From the NCBI GenBank assembly GCA_043822065.1, contig JBDRCC010000006.1:16578-80577 (forward strand): 64,000 bases of DNA, read 5' to 3'. The first letter of the stretch is position 1, and each line of letters opens with the position of its first letter. The position numbers were made by a program, and so were the translations under genes. The DNA comes from an archaeon (GTDB lineage: Archaea; Undinarchaeota; CAZHTU01; JBDRCC01). Shown in pieces: positions 10,111 to 20,634 of the stretch. Below the pieces are notes generated by a model. That model ran no database searches and was not told the origin of the DNA. It worked only from the letters and a program-made list of their open reading frames with translations.

Positions 10111-11904
10111 CTAATTTTTCAGCTGTTTCTGCGCAGGCAGGAACCCTTTTTTCTTGACACTTATAAGTGATTTTTTCCCAATTCCGCCGATTCCTATTCT
10201 TCCATTCCTGTCGGTCTGCCCTACCGGCACATTATCGACCGCAACCAAGGCATCACTGACTGGTTTCTTTGAAAGCCCGGAGACCGCAAGCCTCAGCCTG
10301 CCCTGAGCTGCATCATGCTCGGCGATGTCCACGACAAGGCTCCTCGAAGCAATAAAGTATATGCTCCCCCCAAGGAGCAGGAGCATTAAGAGGAGCAGCC
10401 CGGCATTGCCAAAGCCCATTCCCCCAAGTGTCACTAAACCGGTCGGGCCTGCAGGCGCGGCTATGTCTATTTCCACTTGGTAGCTTATGTACCCTGCCTT
10501 GCCTGCCCATATCATGTCTCCGTCGTGTATGTCCGGGATGAGCATCTTACCGTCAGCGCCGGTTTTGCCCACGCTGGCGCCGTTCTTTCTGACCTCTGCT
10601 GCGTCTACGGGGCTTCCAGCCTCGTCAACGACCATTATCTCGATTATTCCGCCGTCCTCAATCTCTTCGGTAAGGACGTTTATCTTGAGCTGGGCCTTTT
10701 CACCGGTTGCCGGAGCAGTTGTGGCTTCTCCGCCGGTACCCGTCCTAACTACGCAGACATTCTCGTAGCAGACCTGCCCGCTTAAGCACTCGTCGTCGCT
10801 GTAGCACTCAAGTATGCTCGAGCTTCCTGACCACGAGCTTCCGCCTCCGCCGCCTGGGCTTCCGCCGTCGTCTCCGCCGTCGTCTCCGCCAGAGCTCCTG
10901 ACGGTTAGCGTCCTCGCTGCAAAGTTGTCCGAGAGGTCGGTCTCCCCTGCGACGAAGTCAACAGTGGAGTTTAATGGGAAAGTACCTTCGGACCCAAAGT
11001 AGACACTTACCTGATAAGTTTGCGAGCTCCCAGGGGCAAGGTCTACGCTCTGGTTCCCAAGGTACCCCCCATTAACATTAAAGTGGATGTATGTGACTGC
11101 CTGGACCTGGCCCTGGTTCTCAACGGTCGCCGTTATTGTCGCGTTGGTCCCTGGCGGCACCGGGTCCGGCGTGTATGCCAGGGCGGTTATTGCCACATCC
11201 CTGACCAGCGGAGGCATAAGCAGCTCCTTCGTTATCTCCGCAAATACGTAATCCCCCTCTGCGTCGGACGCCACTACCCTGTAGGTGTGGAATCCTGGCG
11301 TCAGGCTTGTTATCGTGAAAGTCGGGTGGACGCTGTTGGCGCTGTAGAGCTGCGGGTAGATTCGCTCCAATCCCCCAGTCACCACAGTCTGCCCGTCGAC
11401 CTGGAGGGTCGCATTTACGTTGTTCGCAGTCCCGCTTCCGACGTTTGTGACGTGCGCCGCAAGAGTGAATGTCTGGTTTGCGTAAATTGTGCCCGGGTCG
11501 GTTATGTTTACCTCAAGTTCCGGCGCGGTAGGAGCATTAACTACGACCTCAGTCCTTGCCTGGCAGGCTCCGCCGTCATGGGTCACATTCACAGTCATAT
11601 TGTAAACCCCTGGCTGGACCGCAGTCACTGACCAGACCGAATTGTTCTGGTAGTACCAGTCCGCCTGAAGGAGGTTTCCGAGCCCCACTGGGTTGGTGTC
11701 TGCCGTAACAAATGCAACAGGAAGGTCAAGCATAGCCTGGACGTTGTTAATATCGCCGCCGAAAGTCCAGATTACGAGCGAGACTTGGTTCATGTCTCCA
11801 AGGTCTACCGGCGAATAATAGCTGATTTCTATGTCCTCCGGGTTGCAGGCGTATGCAAACCCTGCAGCGAGCACCAGTGCCAGCATCAGGTAGTTGAGCT
11901 TCAT
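10111..11904 (-). CDS. CARDB/Ig-like surface glycoprotein with Gly/Ser linker, Cys knot, TM helix and cytoplasmic Ig-like tail
   Basis: Signal peptide; DVAITAL...ENQG...ETDLSDN CARDB motif; GGDDGG linker; TM segment. Confidence 0.8.
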   Translation of the reverse strand: MKLNYLMLALVLAAGFAYACNPEDIEISYYSPVDLGDMNQVSLVIWTFGGDINNVQAMLDLPVAFVTADTNPVGLGNLLQADWYYQNNSVWSVTAVQPGVYNMTVNVTHDGGACQARTEVVVNAPTAPELEVNITDPGTIYANQTFTLAAHVTNVGSGTANNVNATLQVDGQTVVTGGLERIYPQLYSANSVHPTFTITSLTPGFHTYRVVASDAEGDYVFAEITKELLMPPLVRDVAITALAYTPDPVPPGTNATITATVENQGQVQAVTYIHFNVNGGYLGNQSVDLAPGSSQTYQVSVYFGSEGTFPLNSTVDFVAGETDLSDNFAARTLTVRSSGGDDGGDDGGSPGGGGGSSWSGSSSILECYSDDECLSGQVCYENVCVVRTGTGGEATTAPATGEKAQLKINVLTEEIEDGGIIEIMVVDEAGSPVDAAEVRKNGASVGKTGADGKMLIPDIHDGDMIWAGKAGYISYQVEIDIAAPAGPTGLVTLGGMGFGNAGLLLLMLLLLGGSIYFIASRSLVVDIAEHDAAQGRLRLAVSGLSKKPVSDALVAVDNVPVGQTDRNGRIGIGGIGKKSLISVKKKGFLPAQKQLKN

Positions 11905-14900
11905 GATACCGTCACCTGCCCGACATCAGTTACTTCCTGGTATATCGTGCCCCTGACGTTGAAAACGCCAGTCTGGCTGGTGGAGTTGACGTACCACACC
12001 AGGCTCGTGGACTTGTTCACGTCTATGAATGGTATTATTCTCCAGTCAACGTCGTTGTTGCCGAATACGAGCCCGTTGTCGAGAGTTAGGTTGACCGGGA
12101 TGTTGTACTGCGCCTTCTTCGCAGTGTTCCAGACGTTTACCACCGAGACAAACGCCGAGTTCTGCGGCCTCTGCGACGGGACAAGGACGTCTATCGCCAG
12201 GACCTCGTCATACGAGTAAACCCTCTTCGAGAAGGGGTACTGGTTGTCGACAGTGTCAGTTTCCCCGCTGACCGGGTCGACGGATACCACAAAGCTGTGG
12301 TTGTACTGCGTTGATGCCCAGCTAAATGGCACATTGGTGGTTGCGCCTACTGCAAGGTTTGGTATCGTGTAGCTGTCCTTCTGTATTCCATCGACAAACA
12401 GCCTGACGACGAGGCTGCTCTCAGCCCTCTCGCCCTCGTTCTTTATGGCTGCTGTGAAGTTCATGACATCCTTTTCGATTACAACGCTTGGGACATACGT
12501 GACATTTACGACCCTTACGTCTGGTATCGGCGTCACTGTTACATTTATCCTGACTACTTTGGAGTCCTCAAGCCCCACAGTGTCCCTGACGCTTATGTTG
12601 ACCATGTGTATGCCTGCGTCCGCATGGACCGGCACGACTGATATTATTCCGCTGTTCTGGTCTATCGTGAAAAGCGGGCTGTTCGAGTAGAACCTGAGCG
12701 TGTCAAGCGGCATGTCCGGGTCGGTCGCGTTCACGTCAAGGTAGAACTGCTGGTACTCCCATGCGTAGTAGTCGCTTGCAAGGGTAGCCAGCACCGGCGG
12801 GTCGTTTACATTTATGACCGTTGCAACCGACATGTCCGAGTCGGTGTAGGTGCCGTCATTTGCAGTGAATGTTATCGTCTCAACGCCGTAGAAGTTAGGT
12901 GCCGGCGTCAGGGTCGCCACATGGGTGAGCGGGTCTATCGCAACAGCTATCTGGGCGTTTCCGCTTGCAGTCCAGGTTATGCTGGGGAGCGGAGTGTCCG
13001 CGTCAACGATATAATTGTCAAGGTCAATGCTGTTGTTGAACGAGTCCTCCATTATCCAGACGTTCGGTATGTCGCCGACATCAGGCCTTCCGGCTGCCGG
13101 AGCAACCGTTACCCGCATATAAGCAGTTATAACTGTCGTGCCGTCAGTCGCGTTGACAGTGACGTACCTGATGCCAGTATTTCCTATGCCAGGCGTCCAG
13201 GTCATCTGCCCTGTCGCCGGGTTGAACGTTATTGTGGTGTCGTTTATCCAGTAGGTTACTGCCTGCCCGTCCGGGTCTGTCGCATGGACTGTGTAGTCAA
13301 GGCTTGAGTCCTCGGCAATCGTCTGGTTTGCCGGGTACGGGTCCCAGTACGGCGCCTCTTCAACGCCGATAACTGTCACGGTTACGGTATCCGAGTCCGT
13401 CAGCCCGCCCGCGTCAGCTGCTGTGAACGTTATCGTCTCGCTTCCGGACCAGTTTGGAGCCGCTGTGAAATTGACCGTCCTGTCTGCCAGTATGGACACC
13501 ACGACATTCGTGTTTCCAGAATAGGTCCAGTTTATGTTCGCGTCAGGCGTCATGTCGTCGGTGACATACGCATCGAGACTTATTGTATCATTATAGAGGT
13601 CCTCAACGAACCAGACGTCCGGTATGTCTGTAACAACCGGCGCGTCGTTTACCTCGGTCACATTTACAAATATCTGGGCCCAGACTGCCTGCCCAGTGCT
13701 GTCGGTCGCATTGAACTCAACATGCCACATGCCGTTGAACCCTGCCGGCGCAGTCCAGCTCACGCCTCCGAGCGGCCCGACTGTGAACGTGGTGTCATTA
13801 ACTCCATATGTTATCGCATCGCCATATTGAAGGTCTGCGTCCGATGCAAGGAGTAGCATCGAAAGGGTGCCCTCCTCAGCAATCGTTTGGTTCTGAGGGT
13901 ATACCAACCAGAACGGGGCATCGTTTATCTGCTTGACATGAATAGTCAGGCTTGTCGTGTTCGCCAGCCCGTCCCCATCCATCGCCGTGAACGTTATAGT
14001 CTCATTTCCAGCCCAGTCAGCATCTGCGGTCAGGTTCAGCTGCCTGTTCGAGTCAATCGTGGCGTGGACGTTGGTGCCCGTCCCAGTCCAGACTATGTTC
14101 GCATCAGGTGTCATGTCGTCTGCGACATACGCATCCATATTCAGCGTGTCATTGTAAGCGTCCTCGTCGAACCAGACGTCCGGCATCGGGAAAGTCTCCG
14201 GCCTGTCGTTTACCGGGGTGACATTCACCCAGAAGTAGCCCCAAACAACTTCGCCAGCCGAGTCTGTGGCGTTGACCTCAAAGTACTCCATCCCATTGAA
14301 GCCGCCAGCTGGCGTCCAGGCAATGTTTCCGCTTGAGTCAATAGTAGCTGTTCCGTTTATAGCGTAAGTTATGGCATCACCATATGGCAGGTCGGCGTCG
14401 CCAGCCTCAACCTGGAATGCTGCGGTCCCGCCCTCAGCTATCGTCTGGTTTGCCGGGTAGGTTACCCAGAACGGGGCGTCATTAACCTGAATCACGCTGA
14501 CCGTGAGCTGCGTCGTGTTCGCCAGCCCGTCCCCATCCATCGCCGTGAACGTTATAGTCTCATTTCCAGCCCAGTCAGCATCCGCTGTCAGGTTCAATAT
14601 GCGAGTAGCAGAATCAATAACTGCGTGCACATTTGTCCCCGTACCCGTCCACACAATATCTGCATCTGCAGTCATATCATCTGTAACATAATCATCCATC
14701 ACGAGCGTGTCATTGTAAGTGTCCTCGTCAAACCAGACGTCCGGCATCGGGAAAGTCTCCGGCGGGTCGTTTACCGGGGTGACGTTCACCCAGAAGTAAG
14801 CCCAGGCAACCTCGCCTGCGAGGTCTGTCACGTTAACCTCAAAGTACTCATACCCGTTGAAGCTCCCTGGCGCAGTCCACTGGATGGTGCCGTTGGCATC

Positions 14901-17390
14901 AATCGTCGCCGTCCCGTTTATGCCGTATGCCAGGACATCACCATAGGGCGTGTCCACATCGCCGCCAGCCACCTGGAAGCCAACCGTTCCCCCCTCTTCG
15001 ACAGTTTGGTTTGTGGGGTAGACGAGCCAGAACGGTGCGTCATTGACCTGAATAACATGCACCGTGAGCTGCGTCGTGTTAGTAAGCCCGCCCTCGTCAG
15101 CCGCAGTGAACGTTATAGTCTCATTTCCAGCCCAGTTTGCGTTTGCAGTCAGGTTAAGCTGCCTGTTTGAATCAATCGTGGCGTGGACGTTAGTCCCCGT
15201 ACCAGTCCAGACTATGCTCGCGTCCGGCGTCATGTCGTCCTGGACGTAGGCGTCCATATTCAAGGTGTCATTGTAAGCATCCTCATCGAACCAGACATCC
15301 GGCATCGGGAAAGTCTCCGGCGGGTCGTTTACCGGGGTGACGTTCACCCAGAAGTAAGCCCAGGCAACCTCGCCTGCGAGGTCTGTAACATTAACTTCAA
15401 AGTATTCAATCCCGTTGAATCCCGCTGACGGGGTCCAGGTCACGAGGCCGTTTGCGTCAACAGCCGCAGTGCCGTTTATCGCGTAGGATATTGCGTCCCC
15501 GTAAGCCAAATCCGGGTCAGACCCATACAACTGATAAATCAGCTGGGTCTCCTCCTGTGTCTCAGTGTTGTTCGGGTAGGCAAGCCAGAATGGGGCGTCA
15601 TTTACGTTCAGCACGCTGACATTCACGGCTTCCGAGTCAGTCAGCCCGCCCTCGTCTGTTGCAGTCAGTATTATACTCTCGTTCCCGGACCAGTTGCCTG
15701 CCGGCGTGAGTGTCAGTACGCGGGTAAGCGGGTCGACGGAAACCTGGACGTTTGCCCCGTTTCCGCTCCAGACTATGTCTGCGTCGGCGGATTCAAGGTC
15801 TGCGACGTAATCGTCAAGGCCAATCGTGTTGTTAAGCATGTCCTCGTCAATCCATATCGCAGGGAATGGGTCTACGACCGGCGGGTCGTTTACCGGGACA
15901 ATGGTCACGAGCGTGCCGTCCGAGCCAATTCCGCCCTTTCCGTCGTCGGCCTGGAAAGTTATGGTCTCTGCGCCCGTCCAGTCTGCAGGCGGAGTGAAAG
16001 TGACAATGTTGTCCACGTCAACCGCGACGTTTATGTTTACGTTCCCGCTCCAGGTCCATGTCGGGACGTCGCCGTCTGGGTCTACGTAGCAGTCGTCAAG
16101 GTTAATCGAGTTGTTGAACGAATCCTCATCGGCGAACACGTCAGGGACATCCACGACCGGGGCGTCATTTCCGCACAGGACCTCAACGCCCATCGCCCCA
16201 TAGTCGCTCAGCCCGCCCTCGTCTGTTGCAGTAAATATTATAGTCGCGTTTCCGCACCAGTCTGCGGCTGGCGTAAGCGTGAGCATGCCGTCAGCTGCAA
16301 CTGTGGCCGTGACGTTGGCTCCGTTGTTTGTCCAGACAATGTCTGCGTCAGCGGTCTCCTCGTCAGCAACATAATCATCCATGTCGACGCTTGTGTCCGG
16401 CGTGTCCTCTGCCAGAGTCATCGCGGGCAGCGGGTCTACGACCGGCAGGTCGTTTACCTCTATAACATACATATTAAAGCTTGAGTTCGCCTGTGCGCCC
16501 TTCGAGTCGACAATCCAGACTGTTGTCCAGTACGGGCTGCCCGGGAGGTCTGCATTAACCGGAGTGAAGCTGAACTGCCCCGTGGCAAGGCCTATGTCAA
16601 ATAGGGTAGAATCGTCATAATACTGGAGCGGGAGGTTGTTTTCAGGGTCGGTTGCACTTACTGTGTAGCTGAAAAGAACGTCCTCTGTTGAGTACAGGGT
16701 TGGGATTCCAGCGCCGCCATTCACAATTGGCGCCTTATTATAATAGACTAATACATCCTGCCAGTCGATAAGGTTCGTGCTGTCCTTTGCCCAAAACCGC
16801 ACCTGCGCAGGGCTTGAGGGGAAATCCCCATTTTGGGGCACATAATTTATCTCGCCAGTCACCAAATTGAGTTTGGATTTCATGAATGTGTTGTCGACAT
16901 TAAACGACAGTATGTCGCCGAGGATGCTATCCTCATCCGTCGCAGTCAGGAAGTAGGTAAAAACCTGCCCCACATTCACGTAAAAGTCAGAAATTGCGCC
17001 AAGTACTGGCGCCTCGTTCACGTTCGTTACCGTTATCTGGATTGGCTGGCTTACCGGCGGGTTGACGCCGTCATTGACTGTGATACTGACAGTAATCGGG
17101 CTTGCAAGGACCTCCGGGTCATCCCCGAAAAAGCTCACATAGAACCTAACGTCCTTCTTCCCATTGTCTGCGGCTTCCTTAGTTACGGTCACCCAAGGGT
17201 TATCCGCTGAAAAGCTGAGGATGTCCTTGTCGTCGTCATACGCCCAAAAAGTCGTGCTGTATGTATGCTCCTCGTTGGTCGTAATATCGTTAAGAACCGT
17301 GAAGTATGGTGCTGAGTTCGCAGCAAACGCAAAGCTCGAGCTCAACAGTAATGCTAGGAACAACCAACCAACCTTACCCCTGGAACCCAT
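11901..17390 (-). CDS. Giant secreted adhesin-like protein with tandem cadherin/Ig-like (VNDAP-type) repeats and C-terminal CARDB
   Basis: Many VND[AP]P repeats about 95 aa apart; Asp-rich Ca-binding motifs; abundant N-x-S/T sequons; overlaps the next gene by ATGA. Confidence 0.85.
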   Translation of the reverse strand: MGSRGKVGWLFLALLLSSSFAFAANSAPYFTVLNDITTNEEHTYSTTFWAYDDDKDILSFSADNPWVTVTKEAADNGKKDVRFYVSFFGDDPEVLASPITVSITVNDGVNPPVSQPIQITVTNVNEAPVLGAISDFYVNVGQVFTYFLTATDEDSILGDILSFNVDNTFMKSKLNLVTGEINYVPQNGDFPSSPAQVRFWAKDSTNLIDWQDVLVYYNKAPIVNGGAGIPTLYSTEDVLFSYTVSATDPENNLPLQYYDDSTLFDIGLATGQFSFTPVNADLPGSPYWTTVWIVDSKGAQANSSFNMYVIEVNDLPVVDPLPAMTLAEDTPDTSVDMDDYVADEETADADIVWTNNGANVTATVAADGMLTLTPAADWCGNATIIFTATDEGGLSDYGAMGVEVLCGNDAPVVDVPDVFADEDSFNNSINLDDCYVDPDGDVPTWTWSGNVNINVAVDVDNIVTFTPPADWTGAETITFQADDGKGGIGSDGTLVTIVPVNDPPVVDPFPAIWIDEDMLNNTIGLDDYVADLESADADIVWSGNGANVQVSVDPLTRVLTLTPAGNWSGNESIILTATDEGGLTDSEAVNVSVLNVNDAPFWLAYPNNTETQEETQLIYQLYGSDPDLAYGDAISYAINGTAAVDANGLVTWTPSAGFNGIEYFEVNVTDLAGEVAWAYFWVNVTPVNDPPETFPMPDVWFDEDAYNDTLNMDAYVQDDMTPDASIVWTGTGTNVHATIDSNRQLNLTANANWAGNETITFTAADEGGLTNTTQLTVHVIQVNDAPFWLVYPTNQTVEEGGTVGFQVAGGDVDTPYGDVLAYGINGTATIDANGTIQWTAPGSFNGYEYFEVNVTDLAGEVAWAYFWVNVTPVNDPPETFPMPDVWFDEDTYNDTLVMDDYVTDDMTADADIVWTGTGTNVHAVIDSATRILNLTADADWAGNETITFTAMDGDGLANTTQLTVSVIQVNDAPFWVTYPANQTIAEGGTAAFQVEAGDADLPYGDAITYAINGTATIDSSGNIAWTPAGGFNGMEYFEVNATDSAGEVVWGYFWVNVTPVNDRPETFPMPDVWFDEDAYNDTLNMDAYVADDMTPDANIVWTGTGTNVHATIDSNRQLNLTADADWAGNETITFTAMDGDGLANTTSLTIHVKQINDAPFWLVYPQNQTIAEEGTLSMLLLASDADLQYGDAITYGVNDTTFTVGPLGGVSWTAPAGFNGMWHVEFNATDSTGQAVWAQIFVNVTEVNDAPVVTDIPDVWFVEDLYNDTISLDAYVTDDMTPDANINWTYSGNTNVVVSILADRTVNFTAAPNWSGSETITFTAADAGGLTDSDTVTVTVIGVEEAPYWDPYPANQTIAEDSSLDYTVHATDPDGQAVTYWINDTTITFNPATGQMTWTPGIGNTGIRYVTVNATDGTTVITAYMRVTVAPAAGRPDVGDIPNVWIMEDSFNNSIDLDNYIVDADTPLPSITWTASGNAQIAVAIDPLTHVATLTPAPNFYGVETITFTANDGTYTDSDMSVATVINVNDPPVLATLASDYYAWEYQQFYLDVNATDPDMPLDTLRFYSNSPLFTIDQNSGIISVVPVHADAGIHMVNISVRDTVGLEDSKVVRINVTVTPIPDVRVVNVTYVPSVVIEKDVMNFTAAIKNEGERAESSLVVRLFVDGIQKDSYTIPNLAVGATTNVPFSWASTQYNHSFVVSVDPVSGETDTVDNQYPFSKRVYSYDEVLAIDVLVPSQRPQNSAFVSVVNVWNTAKKAQYNIPVNLTLDNGLVFGNNDVDWRIIPFIDVNKSTSLVWYVNSTSQTGVFNVRGTIYQEVTDVGQVTVS
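13900..15600 (-). repeat. Near-identical intragenic tandem duplications, about 560-bp period
   Basis: CGGCATCGGGAAAGTCTCCGG at 14181, 14742 and 15300 (spacings 561 and 558 bp). Confidence 0.9.
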
Positions 17391-17453
17391 TTTTACAAGG
17401 TAGTATTGGCTCTTTTAAGTATATAAATGTTACCATCGCACAGTGGTATATAC

Positions 17454-19184
17454 CTACTCCATCGCGTTCTGATACGCGTGTATTATGTCATGATGCGTGA
17501 AGGCTCCGATGAGCTTCTTCTCGCCCAGCCTCTCGACAACCGGTATGAATGGGAGGTGCTTCTGGTGCATGAGGTCAAGGGCTTCGCGGACGGTGTTATC
17601 AGGGTAGATGACGTCAAATTCCACTTGCATGATGTCGTGCACTCTCTTTTCCTTGTCCCTATACGTTACGCGCTCGATATCCCGCAGCCTCACGATTCCG
17701 GTTACATTCCCCTTTTCCGTGACAGGATAATACGCCCTGGCCCGGACTTTTTTGTCCCTGACCGCACGCCTGAGCTCTCCTGCAAGCCTTATCCCTGCCA
17801 CGCTGTCAACCTGCTTATTCATGACATCGCCAACCTTAATCGTCGTAAGTATGTCCAGCTTCTCGCTCGGCGGCTTCAGCCCCTTGAGCCTGAGCCTCTT
17901 GGTGTAGATGTTATCCTCGCTGAAAATCGAGAATATGAAATAGCTCAGGGCGCAGGAGAACATCAGCGGAATCAAAAGCTGGTAGTTCCCGCTTACCTCG
18001 CTCGCGAATACTATCCCCGTCAGTGGCGCCTTGTTGACTGCAGTGAAAAACGCACCCATGCCCACCAATGCGAATACCATGGGGTTTTCAACACCTATAT
18101 TGAACGTGTTGACAAACGCAAGGCCCATCGCACCTCCGACCATGGTGCCGATGAATATTGTCGGGGAGAGGACACCCCCGCTCCCGCCGGAGCCAAGAGT
18201 GAATCCGGTCGCTAAGATTTTCATAAATACAAGCGCCGCAAGAAGCCCGATGGAGAAACCGCCAAATAGCACCGCTTCAACCGTCTTATATCCGACACCC
18301 ATGACCTGCGGGAACCAAAGGCCTATTGCGCCGACAAGAAACCCTCCGAAGGCGGCTTTGTACGGGGTCGGCAGCTTCAGCTTCTCGAATCCATGCTCTA
18401 TTCCATAATACGCCTTAACCCATAAGACGCCGGCAATCCCGCAAATTGCGCCAAGCAGCATGTACCCGAACAGCGAGTTTATATCTTGGAACACAAACGG
18501 CGGGGACGTGAATGCGTGCCCCTTGCCGAGCAGCTGCTCGCCAATCGAGGCTCCAAGGACCGAGGACAAAATTACCGGTATCAGGGTTTCTCGCCCCATC
18601 CTGCAGTGCAGGACTTCCACTGCGAAAAGCGCCCCTCCCAGCGGGGCATCAAAACTGCCCGCAATACCCGCCGCAAGCCCGCATGTCGCGAGAAGCTTTT
18701 TTTCCTCTGTGCCCATTTTGAATAGCTTGCCTATCCCTGAGCCGACGCCAGCGCCTATTTGCGCAATCGGCCCCTCCCGCCCAGAGCTTCCGCCGGAGCC
18801 AAGCGTGATTGCTGAAACAAGAGCTTTTACGACCGGAACCCTGAAGCGGATCTCGCCCTTCCTGTGCAAGACTGCCTCCATAACCTCAGGGATGCCGTGC
18901 CCAGCAGTCTCCTTCGCGAGATAGTAGGTTACTGTCCCAACAATAAGCCCTCCAATCGCAGGAATGAAGACTTTTCCGTACGCCCCAAGCTGCAGCACCA
19001 GGAGCCCGCCGACAACCTCCCTGAAAAAATACTCGTTAATCCTTATTATCGACTCAAAAAAGACGGCAGCAAGCCCCCCTGCAACGCCGACAAACATCGC
19101 AAAGGCATAAAGTATGAACGTCTCCCGGTGTGGGACTATTTTTTGGATATTCCGTCTTACGGCTGCGATCGCTTTACGGTGCAT
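17454..19184 (-). CDS. ClC family chloride channel/antiporter with C-terminal CBS pair
   Basis: GHGIPEV, GSSGREGP, GGVLSPTIF signatures; CBS domains. Confidence 0.93.
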   Translation of the reverse strand: MHRKAIAAVRRNIQKIVPHRETFILYAFAMFVGVAGGLAAVFFESIIRINEYFFREVVGGLLVLQLGAYGKVFIPAIGGLIVGTVTYYLAKETAGHGIPEVMEAVLHRKGEIRFRVPVVKALVSAITLGSGGSSGREGPIAQIGAGVGSGIGKLFKMGTEEKKLLATCGLAAGIAGSFDAPLGGALFAVEVLHCRMGRETLIPVILSSVLGASIGEQLLGKGHAFTSPPFVFQDINSLFGYMLLGAICGIAGVLWVKAYYGIEHGFEKLKLPTPYKAAFGGFLVGAIGLWFPQVMGVGYKTVEAVLFGGFSIGLLAALVFMKILATGFTLGSGGSGGVLSPTIFIGTMVGGAMGLAFVNTFNIGVENPMVFALVGMGAFFTAVNKAPLTGIVFASEVSGNYQLLIPLMFSCALSYFIFSIFSEDNIYTKRLRLKGLKPPSEKLDILTTIKVGDVMNKQVDSVAGIRLAGELRRAVRDKKVRARAYYPVTEKGNVTGIVRLRDIERVTYRDKEKRVHDIMQVEFDVIYPDNTVREALDLMHQKHLPFIPVVERLGEKKLIGAFTHHDIIHAYQNAME

Positions 19185-19201
19185 TTGACCGAGAAATCCC
19201 C

Positions 19202-19357
19202 CTATAGCGTGTGAAGGTAAAACTCGGCAAGAATCGTTATCACGCAGAGCGCAACGACGACCTCAGGGGGTATGTGGAGCCCTCCCTTAGTTTCATCTGA
19301 ATATCTCGTCAGCCCTGCCGCGGACGGCGGCAGAAGCACTCTCTTTTTGCTTGACAT
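19202..19357 (-). CDS. Preprotein translocase subunit Sec61beta (51 aa; not in the ORF track)
   Basis: Translated by eye: MSSKKRVLLPPSAAGLTRYSDETKGGLHIPPEVVVALCVITILAEFYLHTL. Has the AGLxRY...xP + TM pattern of Sec61beta. Confidence 0.85.
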   Translation of the reverse strand: MSSKKRVLLPPSAAGLTRYSDETKGGLHIPPEVVVALCVITILAEFYLHTL

Positions 19358-19404
19358 CGGACTAAATACTGTTTCTAGAAGTTATATACTTTGTCCTGCG
19401 AACC

Positions 19405-20610
19405 TCAAAGCCCGAAGCCAAAGGCGGCAAGCGCGAAAATAATTGCCAGCGAAACAAGGGTTGGGGCGCCCAATGTCCGGAGGTAATCCTTCAGCCCGAC
19501 CCTGAAATACTCCAGAGTCACGGAAACGCAGGCATGCGCCGGCGAGACCAGGCTCCCTAGGAACATGCTCGTGTACATATACGCAAATTGCGGGATTCCT
19601 ATGCTGCCCTGCGTAGCAACCACTACTGGGGCGACTATCGCAAACGGCAGCTGTGTTTCGCCCGCGGCTACGCCGAGAAGGAACCCCAAGATAACTGCCA
19701 GCAGGGGAAACGGCAGGGACAGGGATGAAATCAGCGCCGGCATCTCAGATGCCCTGAGTATGTTTATGAAGACAAATATCGAGATGATTATCAGCGAGAA
19801 TTTCCACGGCTTCGCGCCGGCTGCGACAGACCTTAGGCGTCTCAAATCAAATTTTCCAAGCCAGCATGCGAGAATGAGGCTTATCGTGACTGCAGCCAGA
19901 GTTGCGATTTCAAGGTAAGGCAGCGGCAATGTCCGCCGGAGCGTAACGTCAATAAGCGGGGCGCTTAGAAGTATCCCGAGCGGCATCGCAAGGTATTTTG
20001 GCGAGAACGCCCCAGTGTATTCCATACTGCCTTTCACCTGCCGAAGGAAGAACACTTGCCCGACAGCCAGGAGGAAAACGAACGGCAGGATGAGAAACGG
20101 TATTACGCTGTAAAGCTCCAGCCCAGCCATTTTCGCCTCTGCAAGGAGCGCCGGGTCGAGCGGATAAATCAAATGCGCAACGTGCCTGTACCAGACGTTC
20201 GACGCCGCCTTGACGTTGTCGGAGACGCCCGTCTCCACTTTCTTCAGCAGAGGGGCTGAAAATAATGCGCCGCCGGGCACAGGGAGCATGCCCAAAACTG
20301 CTGGCGCGAAGGCAACAAAGCCCTTCTTCCCGATTCTCATGTTTTGGACGAGATGGTCCATCATGCCAGAGCCCTCAAGGACCCCGCCGATTATGGGTAT
20401 CATTCCCACCGCCGCAGCCAGAAGCAGAATCGACGGGTCTGTCAGGGTGATTGCCACCCTTTCCGCGACAGTCCTAATGGGCAGCGCGAGAAACCCAAAC
20501 GTGAAGCTCCCTAAAAGAAGCCCTGCCGGAAGGTTTTTTCTTCCGACCCAGAGGACAATCGAGACGCCTAATACAAAAGAGATTCCAAGGCGGATGGTCT
20601 GTATATCCAT
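19405..20610 (-). CDS. DUF401-like polytopic membrane protein (putative transporter)
   Basis: GMLPVPGGALFSAP, NVWYRH, SPAHAC motifs. Confidence 0.75.
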   Translation of the reverse strand: MDIQTIRLGISFVLGVSIVLWVGRKNLPAGLLLGSFTFGFLALPIRTVAERVAITLTDPSILLLAAAVGMIPIIGGVLEGSGMMDHLVQNMRIGKKGFVAFAPAVLGMLPVPGGALFSAPLLKKVETGVSDNVKAASNVWYRHVAHLIYPLDPALLAEAKMAGLELYSVIPFLILPFVFLLAVGQVFFLRQVKGSMEYTGAFSPKYLAMPLGILLSAPLIDVTLRRTLPLPYLEIATLAAVTISLILACWLGKFDLRRLRSVAAGAKPWKFSLIIISIFVFINILRASEMPALISSLSLPFPLLAVILGFLLGVAAGETQLPFAIVAPVVVATQGSIGIPQFAYMYTSMFLGSLVSPAHACVSVTLEYFRVGLKDYLRTLGAPTLVSLAIIFALAAFGFGL

Positions 20611-20634
20611 CGTTGTGGCAGCAGCAGCTTATCC

